Shown one piece after another: positions 29,731 to 39,868 of a stretch of 50,413 nucleotides of DNA. Numbering within the stretch: position 1 is the first letter of the stretch; every line of letters begins with the position of its first letter. A program made the position numbers and the translations under genes. This stretch comes from Candidatus Nomurabacteria bacterium. Lineage in GTDB: Bacteria > Patescibacteriota > Minisyncoccia > Phycocordibacterales > SBAW01. The stretch is taken from NCBI GenBank assembly GCA_943356415.1, contig CALREW010000003.1, forward strand, positions 1 to 50,413. Reading direction: 5' to 3'. The notes under the pieces are model-generated. The model was not told the DNA's origin. It saw only the letters and a program-made list of their open reading frames with translations, and did no database searches.

Positions 29731-30240
29731 TTAGCTATGGCGACCGCTGCGAGTTCCCACGACACCTTCTACCTTGTGTCGCGCGAGCGCGGATGCCGGT
29801 GTCCAGAGATAGCCGGAGCGGATGGTCGGATCGATGGAAGGGAGCGGCAATGTAGGAAAGACGAACCAACGTCCTTCCGGCGTTGTCCTCACCGCCAAAA
29901 GCCCAGCTTCTTCGTGAACGGTGAGCTCACGCTCCTTCTTCTTGCCGAGTGCCTCGAGCGCGAACCCGCTGAGTTTCCCGCGAGCGCACAACAAGTCATG
30001 GAGATCGAAGTTCGCCGCTTTCGTCGGCAGCCGTTCTTTCTCCAGACGCCTTAGTTCGACGCGCGCCTCATTGCAACGGTCCTCGCATGCGGCAATCAGT
30101 ACGAGAAGCCGCTGCACGTCCGGCCCCAGTTCGGCAACCGGACGATCGTAGGGTAGTAAACGTGGCACTTCGGCAAAGAGTTTTTGTACCGAAGCGATCG
30201 ACACGGTCCGTACGCTCGGGCAGCGTTGATGGAGTTCCAT
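29731..30240 (-). CDS. Hypothetical protein
   Basis: 169-aa ORF with GAAGAAG upstream; ends at a hairpin (29669-29732); no family recognised. Confidence 0.5.
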   Translation of the reverse strand: MELHQRCPSVRTVSIASVQKLFAEVPRLLPYDRPVAELGPDVQRLLVLIAACEDRCNEARVELRRLEKERLPTKAANFDLHDLLCARGKLSGFALEALGKKKERELTVHEEAGLLAVRTTPEGRWFVFPTLPLPSIDPTIRSGYLWTPASALARHKVEGVVGTRSGRHS

Positions 30241-30406
30241 TGCTTCTTCCCCGCTCTTTTGTTCGAGTGAGGATCGCTAGAGGACGATCCTCCTTAATCA
30301 AACTACCGGTCCAACACACTCACAAGCGCAGTAGGTGTACAACTGGTGTTTGCGCGACAAAGCTCACGCCGAAGCGTGAGCTTGCCGAACTGACCTCGCA
30401 GTCAGT

Positions 30407-30598
30407 TCAAGCTGGGTTCTTCCAGCCTTCCTGTTTGCGAATCTCGATGAGTTGCGGGAGGGCGATGGCGCTCACATCCCACCCTTTCTCCTTGCAGTAT
30501 TTTTCAGAGAACGCTGCTCGCTTCTGCATCAGCAAAAGCTGGTCGTCACTTGCGCCCAAGATGCTGTGTTCTCGGTCGCCCAGTCTGATCACCGACAT
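30407..30598 (-). CDS. Small hypothetical protein
   Basis: AGGAGG RBS, 63 aa, followed by hairpin agctcacgc-cgaa-gcgtgagct (30361-82). Confidence 0.65.
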   Translation of the reverse strand: MSVIRLGDREHSILGASDDQLLLMQKRAAFSEKYCKEKGWDVSAIALPQLIEIRKQEGWKNPA

Positions 30599-30644
30599 AT
30601 TTTCCTCCTGGTTGTACCTGCTGTCTTTTCCGCGCGGCGCTCGG

Positions 30645-31748
30645 TTACTTCACTTCTACGAACGCAGCACTTTGATCGACTCGGTAGAGCTTTGCTTCGC
30701 CGCGATTTACCGCGATGCGGCTGCCTGACGTGAAATCTATTTCCCCGTCAACGCCGATGTATTTGACCGACGCGAGGCCCGCAAGCCAGTTGCTGCTATC
30801 TGCGTCATACGCTTTCGCGATGGTGCGGATTGTCTCGTAACTGTTTTGCGCCTCTGCAAGCGGATAGTTTTGGTACGCAGCTTCGTAGGCACGAACGAAC
30901 TCTTCGTTTGGTAGCCAATCGGTGAACCACACGTTCCCGAGTTGCTCGGGCGCAGTTCTCCCTGTGCGCAGTGCTTGTCCGATGACGCTCGTGGTGAGCA
31001 CTGGTGCAGCGATGTTGTTCTCATTGAGGGCCTTCACGGCGCGTTCAGCGAGCGAGCTCACCATAAAGATTGCATCGGGGTTAGCCTGTTTTATTTTTGC
31101 GACTTCAGTGCGGTAATCAGCGCTGTAATCTGCTGTGCAGCTTTTCCCTACTACGGTAATGCCGCGTTTTGCAGCAATATCCGCGAAGAGTGCAGAATGC
31201 GCTGCGCCCCATGCGTCGTTCCAACAAAGTTCGTACACCTTCTTTACTTCAGGATGCAGCGCGAAGAATCGTTCCATGGGCGCCCGTTGGCTTTCTATCC
31301 GGTGACCAAGTGTAAAGAAGTACGGACTGTCTCCCTCGACCGATGTGTCCATGACGGTCGGCGAGATGAGTGTCATCTTCTTCCCTTCTGCAACAGGTAT
31401 CATCGGATTTGTCGTGTACGACCATACGTCGCCGACGACAATATCGACGCCGTCGATCGTTGTTAGTTTCTGAAGCGCGCTGATGCCCATCTTTGCGTCG
31501 GATTTATCATCTTCAACAATAAGTACAAGTTTTCGTCCGCCCGCACCTCCCTCTTTGTTTACCTCCTCAACCGCGAGCTTCGCCGCGTTGAGGTTGTACT
31601 CAGACCACAGGCTTTCCGAACCGGTAAGTCCCATGACGACGCCGATCTTTAAATCGGACGTATTAGAGTGTTCATTGGAAAGTATGGCCGCACCGAAGGC
31701 TACTACCACCGCAACTGCGGCGAAGCCTAGCCAGAATTTGCTGTTCAT
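30645..31748 (-). CDS. LivK/LivJ-like substrate-binding protein 1
   Basis: N-terminal anchor, KIG..GLTG, LAVEEVN..GG..GRKL.L..EDD, DYRT...KIK...PDAI. Confidence 0.88.
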   Translation of the reverse strand: MNSKFWLGFAAVAVVVAFGAAILSNEHSNTSDLKIGVVMGLTGSESLWSEYNLNAAKLAVEEVNKEGGAGGRKLVLIVEDDKSDAKMGISALQKLTTIDGVDIVVGDVWSYTTNPMIPVAEGKKMTLISPTVMDTSVEGDSPYFFTLGHRIESQRAPMERFFALHPEVKKVYELCWNDAWGAAHSALFADIAAKRGITVVGKSCTADYSADYRTEVAKIKQANPDAIFMVSSLAERAVKALNENNIAAPVLTTSVIGQALRTGRTAPEQLGNVWFTDWLPNEEFVRAYEAAYQNYPLAEAQNSYETIRTIAKAYDADSSNWLAGLASVKYIGVDGEIDFTSGSRIAVNRGEAKLYRVDQSAAFVEVK

Positions 31749-31900
31749 ATATCGCAACTACGTTGGTAAATGCCCTCCAATACGGCCGTATTGCTAAGTA
31801 AATTATGAAGTATTTTACGGAATAGTCAATATTTATCATAAAACAATGATGGTAAGTTTTGTGATAAAAAAGCCTTATAAAATAAAGTATACTAATACCA

Positions 31901-32671
31901 ATGCCAGAAAATAAAGATGAAAGTGAAGTACTAAAAAAACTTACCGATCTTGGCCTCTCTGAAAAAGAAGCTCGGGTATATATTGCCCTTCTGTCGAGAG
32001 AGTATGTTGGTACCTCCAAACTCATCCATGCAACAGGCCTCCATAGCCAGTATGTATACGACGCACTCATTGGGCTTGAGGCAAAAGGTCTCGCCCATCA
32101 CGTTATTCATAGTGGAAGGAAGCGTTTTGCAGCTCAAACGCCAAAACACCTCGAAACGTTGATTCAAGAAAAAAAGCGCACCGTAGATGCGCTGGTTCCG
32201 CAACTGATGGCACTCTCTGGTAAGGGAGATTTGCAGACGTTTGAAATTTATCAGGGCGTTGAGTCGTGCAAGGCGCAAGATTTCAGAATGCTTGAAGAAG
32301 CGCCTGTGGGCGAGCGTCTCGATATCATTGGCGATGAAGGTCGAAGATTTTTTGATTTGATGGGAGACGATATCGACGTGTACGAATCGATGCGCATTGA
32401 AAAGAAAGTTCACTTGCGTCACATTGTCTCTCCCAACAACGCGACAGAAGTGCTCGAGGCGCTCCAGAGACCAAAATACTTTGAACTACGCACGCTTACC
32501 GGTTTTGCCGTCGGACATATAAATACACTCGTGTGGAGTAGTCACATCTCACTTCACGCATTCGGAAACCCCACCACAACGTTTACGCTGAAGGACCGGG
32601 AAGTAGCACAAAGCTACCGGAACTTTTTCGACGCACTGTGGGCCAAGTGCGACCCAGTTTCGAAGGTATAA
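31901..32671 (+). CDS. TrmB family regulator (divergent from SBP 1)
   Basis: LGLSEKEARVYIALL wHTH, YQG motif, FFDALW. Confidence 0.88.
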   Translation: MPENKDESEVLKKLTDLGLSEKEARVYIALLSREYVGTSKLIHATGLHSQYVYDALIGLEAKGLAHHVIHSGRKRFAAQTPKHLETLIQEKKRTVDALVPQLMALSGKGDLQTFEIYQGVESCKAQDFRMLEEAPVGERLDIIGDEGRRFFDLMGDDIDVYESMRIEKKVHLRHIVSPNNATEVLEALQRPKYFELRTLTGFAVGHINTLVWSSHISLHAFGNPTTTFTLKDREVAQSYRNFFDALWAKCDPVSKV

Positions 32672-32705
32672 CAAAGCCGAGCGGCCTAAGCCGCTCGGCT
32701 TTGTT
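32670..32705. terminator. Bidirectional terminator
   Basis: aacaaagccgagcggc-ctaa-gccgctcggctttgtt. Confidence 0.8.
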
Positions 32706-32723
32706 TGGAGTATCTATGGAGTC

Positions 32724-33836
32724 TTAGTACGCAACGTACGTTCCGTTGGTGAACTTCTCAAGTCGAACGGGAGTCATGCTACCCGCGTGGTCAGCGCTGA
32801 ACGCAAACTGACCGTTGGGAGTTGTAAAGGTGTGTGAACCAAGATATGAAGCAACGCTTTTAGTGTCAGCCGATTTGGCGACCGCCTCAGCAAGGATGTA
32901 GACCGCATCGTAGGCGCGGTTAGAAGAATTGGTTGGCTGAACTGTGTAGCGGGCACGGAATTTTTCCTTATACGCATCGGTCGAAACTTCCCAGTTGAGC
33001 ACGGTGAATCCTTCGAAAACCTTTGGGTCGGCACCCTTCGCTGCAAGTGCGTCTGCAAGTCCGGTGTGGATGACATACTTCGGATTGAAGCCAATTGCTT
33101 TTGCTTGCGATACGAATGTCGCTGGATCGGGACCAATCATGTCGAGGAATACAACGTCCACGCCCGCGTTCTTCAATTTTAGTACCGTTGTGCGGAAGTC
33201 GTTGTTGCCTATTTGCTTATAGGTCTCATCAACGACACTCCCCTTACCGCGCTCATTCGAAAGCGTATTGAGTGTTTTTGTTATCTCTGCACCGAAGGCA
33301 GACTCAAAGCGAACCACTGCAATTTTCTTCCAGCTTTCTTTATCAAGATACGAACTCATCGTGCCTACCATCTTCGAGAAGTCGCTCATCATAGTGAAGC
33401 TCATTTCGTTGGTGTCGAATGCTCCTGCGATGCGGGGACTCGAAGGAGTGATGACAACAACATTTCCGGTCTTTGCGAGCGCAAACACAGGCTGGGTTAC
33501 GAAGTCGAAGTTGCTGCCGATAATAGCGTCAACATGATCAACGCTCGTAAATTTTTGATACAACCCCGCAGCGGCTTTAGGGTCAGTGCGGTCGTCTTCA
33601 TACACGACCTCAACCATGCGGCCATCAACGCCGCCTGCTTTGTTGATTTCATCAACTGCAAGGTCGATGCCTTTTTTCGACATTTCACCAAACTGCGCTG
33701 CGACGCCGGTTTGAGAAATAAGCGCCCCGATTCGTATCGGTGCTCCAGTTTTAGTCTCCTTCTTTGAACCTCCCCACATCCAAACGCCAAGCGCGATAAG
33801 GATGATGACCACGACACCTGTGAAGTATTTCGACAT
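32724..33836 (-). CDS. LivK/LivJ-like substrate-binding protein 2
   Basis: IRIG..SQTG, LAVDEINKAGGVDGR..EVVYEDD, DFRT...KLK, AYDAV..LAEA. Confidence 0.9.
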   Translation of the reverse strand: MSKYFTGVVVIILIALGVWMWGGSKKETKTGAPIRIGALISQTGVAAQFGEMSKKGIDLAVDEINKAGGVDGRMVEVVYEDDRTDPKAAAGLYQKFTSVDHVDAIIGSNFDFVTQPVFALAKTGNVVVITPSSPRIAGAFDTNEMSFTMMSDFSKMVGTMSSYLDKESWKKIAVVRFESAFGAEITKTLNTLSNERGKGSVVDETYKQIGNNDFRTTVLKLKNAGVDVVFLDMIGPDPATFVSQAKAIGFNPKYVIHTGLADALAAKGADPKVFEGFTVLNWEVSTDAYKEKFRARYTVQPTNSSNRAYDAVYILAEAVAKSADTKSVASYLGSHTFTTPNGQFAFSADHAGSMTPVRLEKFTNGTYVAY

Positions 33837-33972
33837 ATGGTATGCCCGTTACGTTTAATTACAACAACACTTTACCAGCAAACAGTCAATAATAAAAGGG
33901 TCCAATATGACAATTTTTAGCTACTAAATCCCTTTTAAAATAAGGCTTTTAAGAATATAGTCATATATATCT

Positions 33973-34746
33973 ATGACAATGCATTTAGACGACTCTGAAC
34001 ATGAAGCCATTCTCCCAGCACTTCGAAAGATGGGCCTCACTGATATCGATGCGTCTGTCTATATCTGTTTATTAGAACGCGGTGTGCCACTCATGGGTTC
34101 CAAAGTTGCAACACGGCTCTCTCTCCACCGGCAATACGTATATGCGTCTGTACAAAAACTTTTGCGCATGGGGCTCATTGAAGAAGTTCCCTCAGGTGCG
34201 CGCAGTACCTATAAAGCACTGCCTCCCCAGTACCTCACGACGCTCGCGCGTAAACAACTTGAGGAAGTAGAGGTTGCAGCGCGCGAACTTGAACGCGTTT
34301 CATCCATCGGGGCGGAACAGGATTTTGAAGCCTATCGTGGGACGAGACAAGTTTTCGAATTTGAAGAACGATTCGTACACGATTTAGAAGATAACGAAAC
34401 GCAGTACATTATTGGTGGCAGTACCGGAAAATTTCTTGGTTTTTTTGGGGAGCGATATGAAGCGATTAGCCGCATCGCCGCAGCAAAAAATTTACAAAGC
34501 AAATATCTTGCCTCAAACGCAGACCTCGTCCATCTCGCCTATGTACAAACCATCTTCCCCCGCTTCGAATATCGCGTTATCCCAAATATGCCCGAGATGA
34601 TCATGTCGACCGTGATACGCCACAATGGCGTGACGTTTTATAGCTTCGGCAATCCCCCGCTCGTTCACATCCTGCGTTCAAAAATTGTGTTTGAGGATTA
34701 CAAAAAATTTTTTGATATTCTGTGGGAGATGGCCGTGCCACAGTAG
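33973..34746 (+). CDS. TrmB family regulator (divergent from SBP 2)
   Basis: MGLTD..ASVYICLL, LHRQYVY, YRG, FFDILW. Confidence 0.88.
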   Translation: MTMHLDDSEHEAILPALRKMGLTDIDASVYICLLERGVPLMGSKVATRLSLHRQYVYASVQKLLRMGLIEEVPSGARSTYKALPPQYLTTLARKQLEEVEVAARELERVSSIGAEQDFEAYRGTRQVFEFEERFVHDLEDNETQYIIGGSTGKFLGFFGERYEAISRIAAAKNLQSKYLASNADLVHLAYVQTIFPRFEYRVIPNMPEMIMSTVIRHNGVTFYSFGNPPLVHILRSKIVFEDYKKFFDILWEMAVPQ

Positions 34747-34752
34747 CAACTT

Positions 34753-35583
34753 TCAACTTTTTGGCACGCGACTTGCCTCGAAACCGGGACGCTCTTTTTT
34801 TGAAATGGCATTTGCAAAGAAGACAATTGCCCAGCGCGATGTTGTGTCAGAGTGGGTATCCTCGGAAAGTTGAACGACATCGTGCCAAATTGGCTTAAAC
34901 CGCTCGTCGGTCATTGTTTGCAAATCAAGTGCGGGCATAAAGAGTGCCGCGCCGCTACGGTGTATCACGGGATAAAGCGTTTCCGGCGATACGCCGACGC
35001 GTAGACCCGGCGCACTCTCAGCAAGAGCTAAGGTCGCCCCTCCGACGTCGTAGTGTGCTGCAGCAAGAAAAGCTCCTTCCCCAGCTTTGTCATATTTAAG
35101 GAACCGCAAAATAGTATTTGTCTGAGGCTCTGTTGTATTGGGGAAATATTCTGTAAACACACCGGGAAACTCATGGTCGAGCAATTCAACAATCGAACGC
35201 AATGTTGCAGTCGCGGCCACGTTAACAGCTCGCGCGTGAGCAAGGAATGTTTGAGCGCGTGGGTCGTTTGCCGCAGGCAATGACGCGATGTGAGATTCAT
35301 ACCCTGGGTGATAGTGGAAAAATTCTTTGTTATCGCGAGCATTATCTACTCCCCTTTTACGCAGACGATATCCTGGAATGCTGTAACTTCGCGCGGGTGC
35401 GTTTGGTGGTGTAAAAGAATCCTTCACTTCTTGTGGGAGGTTCAAGAATTGTAAATATGATTCTGCAGCGGCAGAGAGTTCCGTAAATGAAAGTGGAAAG
35501 GGTATTTCGGCAACATGTCGGCGAGAGATTTCGTCCACCAACTCATCGAACCGTTGTTTTTTGTCGCCGAACAGAGTCTGCAT
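34753..35583 (-). CDS. 2OG-Fe(II) oxygenase (IPNS-like fold)
   Basis: DNKEFFH, LRFLKY, HYD, WHDV, RWAIVFF. Confidence 0.8.
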   Translation of the reverse strand: MQTLFGDKKQRFDELVDEISRRHVAEIPFPLSFTELSAAAESYLQFLNLPQEVKDSFTPPNAPARSYSIPGYRLRKRGVDNARDNKEFFHYHPGYESHIASLPAANDPRAQTFLAHARAVNVAATATLRSIVELLDHEFPGVFTEYFPNTTEPQTNTILRFLKYDKAGEGAFLAAAHYDVGGATLALAESAPGLRVGVSPETLYPVIHRSGAALFMPALDLQTMTDERFKPIWHDVVQLSEDTHSDTTSRWAIVFFANAISKKERPGFEASRVPKS

Positions 35584-35617
35584 GAGGACTACTATAGCAG
35601 TGTCACTTTAAACGCGA

Positions 35618-35645
35618 AGCGGGCGCCGATCTCTCGGCGCCCGCT
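35618..35645 (-). terminator. Terminator of the purM-like gene
   Basis: agcgggcgccga-tctc-tcggcgcccgct. Confidence 0.65.
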
Positions 35646-35666
35646 CTGCTTGCCTCGCGGCAAGAC

Positions 35667-36833
35667 TTAGGTTTTGCTGCGGGTGTAGACCACCTCGCCG
35701 GCGCCATCGTACTTCGAGTGGATGACGAGCTTCGGGTTGTCGGAGCGTTGACCAATCCGGCCGCAGATCCGGGCTTCCTTGCCATGCGTCGCTGCGAGCT
35801 TGATGAAGCGCAGCGCTTCCTCCTCGCTCTCAATCACCACGAGGAGCCCTTGGCCGCCGTTGTTGCTGCGGTACGCTCGCTCAGCGGGCATCGACTGCCC
35901 GAGCCACTCCTTGCACGCGTGCATCACTGGGAGAGGGTCGTAGAGGTCGGAGAGTTCGGCGTCGAATCCGAAATACAGGATGGCATCCTGGCCGAATTTG
36001 TCGCAGATTCCGCCGCCGGTGATATGCGCGATGTAGCTGATGTCGATCCGCTCGAAATGCGGATTCCAACCATTAGCGTCGGCGAGCAGCTTGTCGTAGA
36101 TGACAGACGGCACTGCCGCCGCCTCGATCCACTCCTGCGCATCAGGATGATCCCACCATGCTTCGCCGAAGCGCGCGGCCAAGGCCTTACGCATGTCGGT
36201 GTAGCCGTTGCCACGCAAACCGCACTCGCGCACGGCGACAACGTACTGCTTTGCCGCGACACGCGAGCCGTCGATGAGCCGGTCGTCACGGTATATGCCG
36301 AAGCCGACGCCCGCCCACAGGAACGGCAGCGTCGGGTCGGGCACTTCGCTTCCGACGAATGGCCCCATGATCGCCGTCTCGCCGTTGAAGATGGTCCACC
36401 CGACCTCCATGGATGCCTCGTAGAGGCCGGCATAGAGATCGATCACGGCTTGCCGCTGCGGTGAACGAGGTTCGCCCGCCGTCCGCACATCGAGCACATT
36501 GGTCATGAGCACTGGCTTGCCTCCCCAACGACTGACATCGGTTGAGGGCATAGCGCACAGATCCCAACCGGCGGTCTTGTGCCTGCGCCTGATATCGACG
36601 AGGCCGGGTTTGGTCCCGATGCCATCCGGTGCGAGGGTGAAAACCGCATCCCTCGGCAGATGTTCGTGGTTCAGCTCGAACCGCGACGGGCCACGGAAGT
36701 TGCCCTTCGGCCGGATGATCCGGATGTACGGCGCGCAGTTGCCGTCCGTCATGCTGCAGTACTTCGCCGCAATGCGGCTAACGGCATCGTTGCCGTCGAA
36801 GTCGAACAGCCCGTCGTCGTCTGGTTTTGCCAT
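35667..36833 (-). CDS. PurM-like AIR synthase family protein
   Basis: DGIGTK, GETA, GLRGNGYT..RK, AHITGGG; divergent sequence with GC-rich codons. Confidence 0.8.
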   Translation of the reverse strand: MAKPDDDGLFDFDGNDAVSRIAAKYCSMTDGNCAPYIRIIRPKGNFRGPSRFELNHEHLPRDAVFTLAPDGIGTKPGLVDIRRRHKTAGWDLCAMPSTDVSRWGGKPVLMTNVLDVRTAGEPRSPQRQAVIDLYAGLYEASMEVGWTIFNGETAIMGPFVGSEVPDPTLPFLWAGVGFGIYRDDRLIDGSRVAAKQYVVAVRECGLRGNGYTDMRKALAARFGEAWWDHPDAQEWIEAAAVPSVIYDKLLADANGWNPHFERIDISYIAHITGGGICDKFGQDAILYFGFDAELSDLYDPLPVMHACKEWLGQSMPAERAYRSNNGGQGLLVVIESEEEALRFIKLAATHGKEARICGRIGQRSDNPKLVIHSKYDGAGEVVYTRSKT

Positions 36834-36968
36834 CGCCCGTCCTTTCCGGTGTACGTTGGTTGATGTCGAGTTCGGATTTGGTTGCCAAATATACGCAAAG
36901 CTTCCTGAATCACCCTATCTTGCAGAGCCGTTGTGTCAATCTGGAAAAAGTGAGTACTATAACGGCAC

Positions 36969-37772
36969 ATGAAGCTCGTATCGTGGAACGTCAACGGCAT
37001 CCGCGCGGTGCATAAAAAAGGGCTTTTTCTCGCATTTGTCGAAGACGTAAAAGCAGACGTTATTTGTCTGCAGGAAACCAAAGCTGAGCAGGGACAATCC
37101 GAAATAGACTTGCCTCAGTATGAGGAATATTGGAATTCATCGAAGGGTCGTAAGGGTTATAGCGGCACGGCCATTTTTAGCAAAGAGAAACCGTTATCCG
37201 TTTCCTATGATTTCCCGGAGGAAATAATAAAGAAGTTCAAAGTAGATAAAGACGAGTATGGCAATTTAAACGAAGAAGGTCGCATCGTTGTTGCTGAATT
37301 TGAAAAGTTTTTTGTAGCGACGGTCTACACACCAAACTCAAAGCCAGATCTCTCTCGTCTCTCACTTCGCCACAAGATTTGGGACCCGGCCTTCCTTGCA
37401 TACATGCAATTGCTCGAGAAAAAGAAGCCAGTTATTTTCTGCGGCGACCTCAATGTTGCTCACACCGAAATAGATCTTGCGAATCCAAAAGCAAATGAAG
37501 GCGAGCATGGATACACTAAAGAAGAGCGCGAAGGGATGGATAATTACGTTGCAGCTGGTTTTCTAGACACGTTCCGTTACTTTCATCCTGAGGAGAAAAA
37601 CAGATACACCTGGTGGACGCACTGGGCCAACGCTCGCGCGAGGAACGTCGGCTGGCGCATTGATTATCTTCTTGCTTCGAAGTCTTTAGAGAAGAAGTTG
37701 AAGTCCGCCGATATCCGCGACGACATTATGGGTTCTGATCACTGCCCGGTCACGTTGGAAGTAAACCTATAA
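36969..37772 (+). CDS. xth: Exodeoxyribonuclease III
   Basis: SWNVNG, CLQETK, GYSG, YTPN, GDLNVAH, GWRIDY, GSDHCP. Confidence 0.95.
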   Translation: MKLVSWNVNGIRAVHKKGLFLAFVEDVKADVICLQETKAEQGQSEIDLPQYEEYWNSSKGRKGYSGTAIFSKEKPLSVSYDFPEEIIKKFKVDKDEYGNLNEEGRIVVAEFEKFFVATVYTPNSKPDLSRLSLRHKIWDPAFLAYMQLLEKKKPVIFCGDLNVAHTEIDLANPKANEGEHGYTKEEREGMDNYVAAGFLDTFRYFHPEEKNRYTWWTHWANARARNVGWRIDYLLASKSLEKKLKSADIRDDIMGSDHCPVTLEVNL

Positions 37773-37775
37773 ACA

Positions 37776-37813
37776 AACAAAATGTTCGAGGCCCGGGCCT
37801 CGAACATTTTGTT
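37776..37813. repeat. Perfect 38-bp palindrome (REP-like, copy A)
   Basis: aacaaaatgttcgaggccc|gggcctcgaacattttgtt. Confidence 0.85.
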
Positions 37814-37832
37814 CTAACAAGAAGTTGGCAGA

Positions 37833-38945
37833 CTAGTGGATCTCGACGATCTTCCCTCCCTTGATCTGGTAGAAGGTGATGGCAGGAGTGATGAGTTTGC
37901 CGCTGAGGGACTCTGTCGCTGCTACGGTTGCACTTGGTGCAACGGTAGGAGGATGCACATGAGCAACGATGCACTGCGCATCCTGCTTATCGCAGGCAAG
38001 CTGCGCCTCGTAGAGCGAGAGCACGGCGTCATATATGAATGCAGCATTCTGCAGGTCGCTCGGTTTCGTTTCTCCGTACGTCTTGTTGTACAGAGTCACG
38101 AACGACTCATTTACTGGCGAGTCGAAGAGACGGACACCCTCCATTGCTTGGAGGCCAAGCGTGTTCACAATCGCCTCGGTTGCACAGTTGAGGCGGTTGC
38201 AGAAAACCTCTGCCGTAAGACCGAGCTCACTGCGCTGTTTAAGGAACGCGAGTGAAGTAGGTTCGAAAGAAACCAATACGATTGCTCCAACTTTCTGAGC
38301 CTGTAACTTAATGATTTCGGTTCGAAGGTCGGGCTTGGGGCCACCGTTGGTGGCGGCAAGAGAAAGTGTTGTAACTTCACTGTCGCTGTAGGTCTGTTTG
38401 AGGCCGCGCACGCAGTCCTTCATCACACCTGCTTCATCAAGCATCGCGACGGTCTGTATGCCGCGGGCCTTTGCGTCGCGAGCGTAGCGAGCACAAGCAT
38501 CTTCGACGTCAATGAACGTCTTCACTGCCAGCGGATTGTTAAGTCCAGGATCTGAACTGAAGCCGCTGAAAATGAAAGGCTTTTCCGCAGCCTTTGCGAT
38601 AGGTGATATGGCGTTGTTAGGACCAGTAAATTCAGACATAAGCGCATCAACACCATCTATGGTGATAAGTTTCTGCGCCGCTGAGGCAGCAACCTTTGGG
38701 TCGCTCTGTGAATCCTCGACGATAACCTTCGCCTTCATGTCAGGATTGCGCTCGTTGAGCACGTGCTCTGCAAGAAGCGCAGCGTTGCGGCTCTTCTCGC
38801 CTGCTGAGGCGGACTTCCCTGTTAGAGGGAGTACTACGCCGATACGGACTTCGTTAGAGTGTGCGCTCGAACCTTCGAAGAAATAAGCGGCGAATACTGC
38901 TAAACCTACGACTATAAGCCCTGCTGCGATGTATAACTTTTTCAT
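37833..38945 (-). CDS. LivK/LivJ-like substrate-binding protein 3
   Basis: VRIGVVLPLTG, VEDSQSDPK..ASAAQKLI..DGV, DLRTEI.KL, YDAV. Confidence 0.88.
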   Translation of the reverse strand: MKKLYIAAGLIVVGLAVFAAYFFEGSSAHSNEVRIGVVLPLTGKSASAGEKSRNAALLAEHVLNERNPDMKAKVIVEDSQSDPKVAASAAQKLITIDGVDALMSEFTGPNNAISPIAKAAEKPFIFSGFSSDPGLNNPLAVKTFIDVEDACARYARDAKARGIQTVAMLDEAGVMKDCVRGLKQTYSDSEVTTLSLAATNGGPKPDLRTEIIKLQAQKVGAIVLVSFEPTSLAFLKQRSELGLTAEVFCNRLNCATEAIVNTLGLQAMEGVRLFDSPVNESFVTLYNKTYGETKPSDLQNAAFIYDAVLSLYEAQLACDKQDAQCIVAHVHPPTVAPSATVAATESLSGKLITPAITFYQIKGGKIVEIH

Positions 38946-39022
38946 ATGACAACATGGTATAGTTCAAATGCAGAGTGGCACATATGGCCACATGGTGACT
39001 TTAATCACCACTTAAAATACCT

Positions 39023-39772
39023 ATGTATAAAGATGAATTAGCAGAACTGGGGCTCGCGCAAAATGAGTCGTACATCTATATAACGTTGGTAAAGCACGGA
39101 GGTCTCGGGGTGAGCCGTATTGCCGAAAAGTCCGGCGTCAATCGTCGCAATGTCTATGACAGCCTTAATCGTCTACTTGAAAAAGGGCTCGTCTACGAAG
39201 AGCTATCAAGCAAAGAAACTCTCTACTTCCCTGTCGATCCGGCGAAGCTGCGCGAAATAGTGGCTCAGAAAAGCCAAAAGCTCGAGTCAGTGTTGCCGTC
39301 CCTTATAAAGATGTTCGGCGCCAAACAGGAGAACGACGCGGTCTATATGTATAAAGGCATCGAGGGTTGGAAGAATTACCTGCGCGATATGGCGCGGGTA
39401 GGCGGTACGGTGCGGGTGTACGGCGCGATGGGCGCATCACTTGATGAACGCTCAAACACCTATTTCGAACAGATCAAATCGAAACTTGCTGCTAAGAAGG
39501 CCGAGATAAAAGTGCTCTACCGTGAAGAAGCGCTTAAGGGTGGCGTTGTGGGGCATTTCGGCAAGTCGGCACAGAATAAGATTCTCGCAAAAGGACTAGG
39601 CACGCACAGCTCCTTTGGCGTGTTTGGCGATATGACGTATGTCGTCACCGATACGCCCACAGCAAAAGAACTCGATGACGAAGTTAAAATGGTTGTCATC
39701 AAGAACAAGCAGTGCGCACAAATGTTTGAAGAGCTCTTTGAGCTCGCATGGAACAAAGCAAAAGAAGCCTGA
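39023..39772 (+). CDS. TrmB family regulator (divergent from SBP 3)
   Basis: LGL..NE..IY..L, RRNVYDSL.RL.EKGL, YKG.EG, LFELAW. Confidence 0.9.
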   Translation: MYKDELAELGLAQNESYIYITLVKHGGLGVSRIAEKSGVNRRNVYDSLNRLLEKGLVYEELSSKETLYFPVDPAKLREIVAQKSQKLESVLPSLIKMFGAKQENDAVYMYKGIEGWKNYLRDMARVGGTVRVYGAMGASLDERSNTYFEQIKSKLAAKKAEIKVLYREEALKGGVVGHFGKSAQNKILAKGLGTHSSFGVFGDMTYVVTDTPTAKELDDEVKMVVIKNKQCAQMFEELFELAWNKAKEA

Positions 39773-39806
39773 CGGAAAAGTTCTAGTCCCTCACTCCATC
39801 ATCGGG

Positions 39807-39846
39807 ATACAAAACGTGCGAGACCTAGGTCTCGCACGTTTTGTAT
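39807..39846. repeat. Perfect 40-bp palindrome (REP-like, copy B)
   Basis: atacaaaacgtgcgagacct|aggtctcgcacgttttgtat. Confidence 0.85.
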
Positions 39847-39868
39847 TGCACCTTTTGTATACAGGAGG

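Noticed and set aside
29669-29732. Riboswitch-like branched hairpin
   Set aside because: It lies between convergent 3' ends with A and T tails, so it is best explained as a bidirectional terminator.
35718-36972. Long opposite-strand ORFs over purM and similar shadow ORFs elsewhere
   Set aside because: These are expected antisense open frames in GC-rich genes and carry no recognisable motifs.
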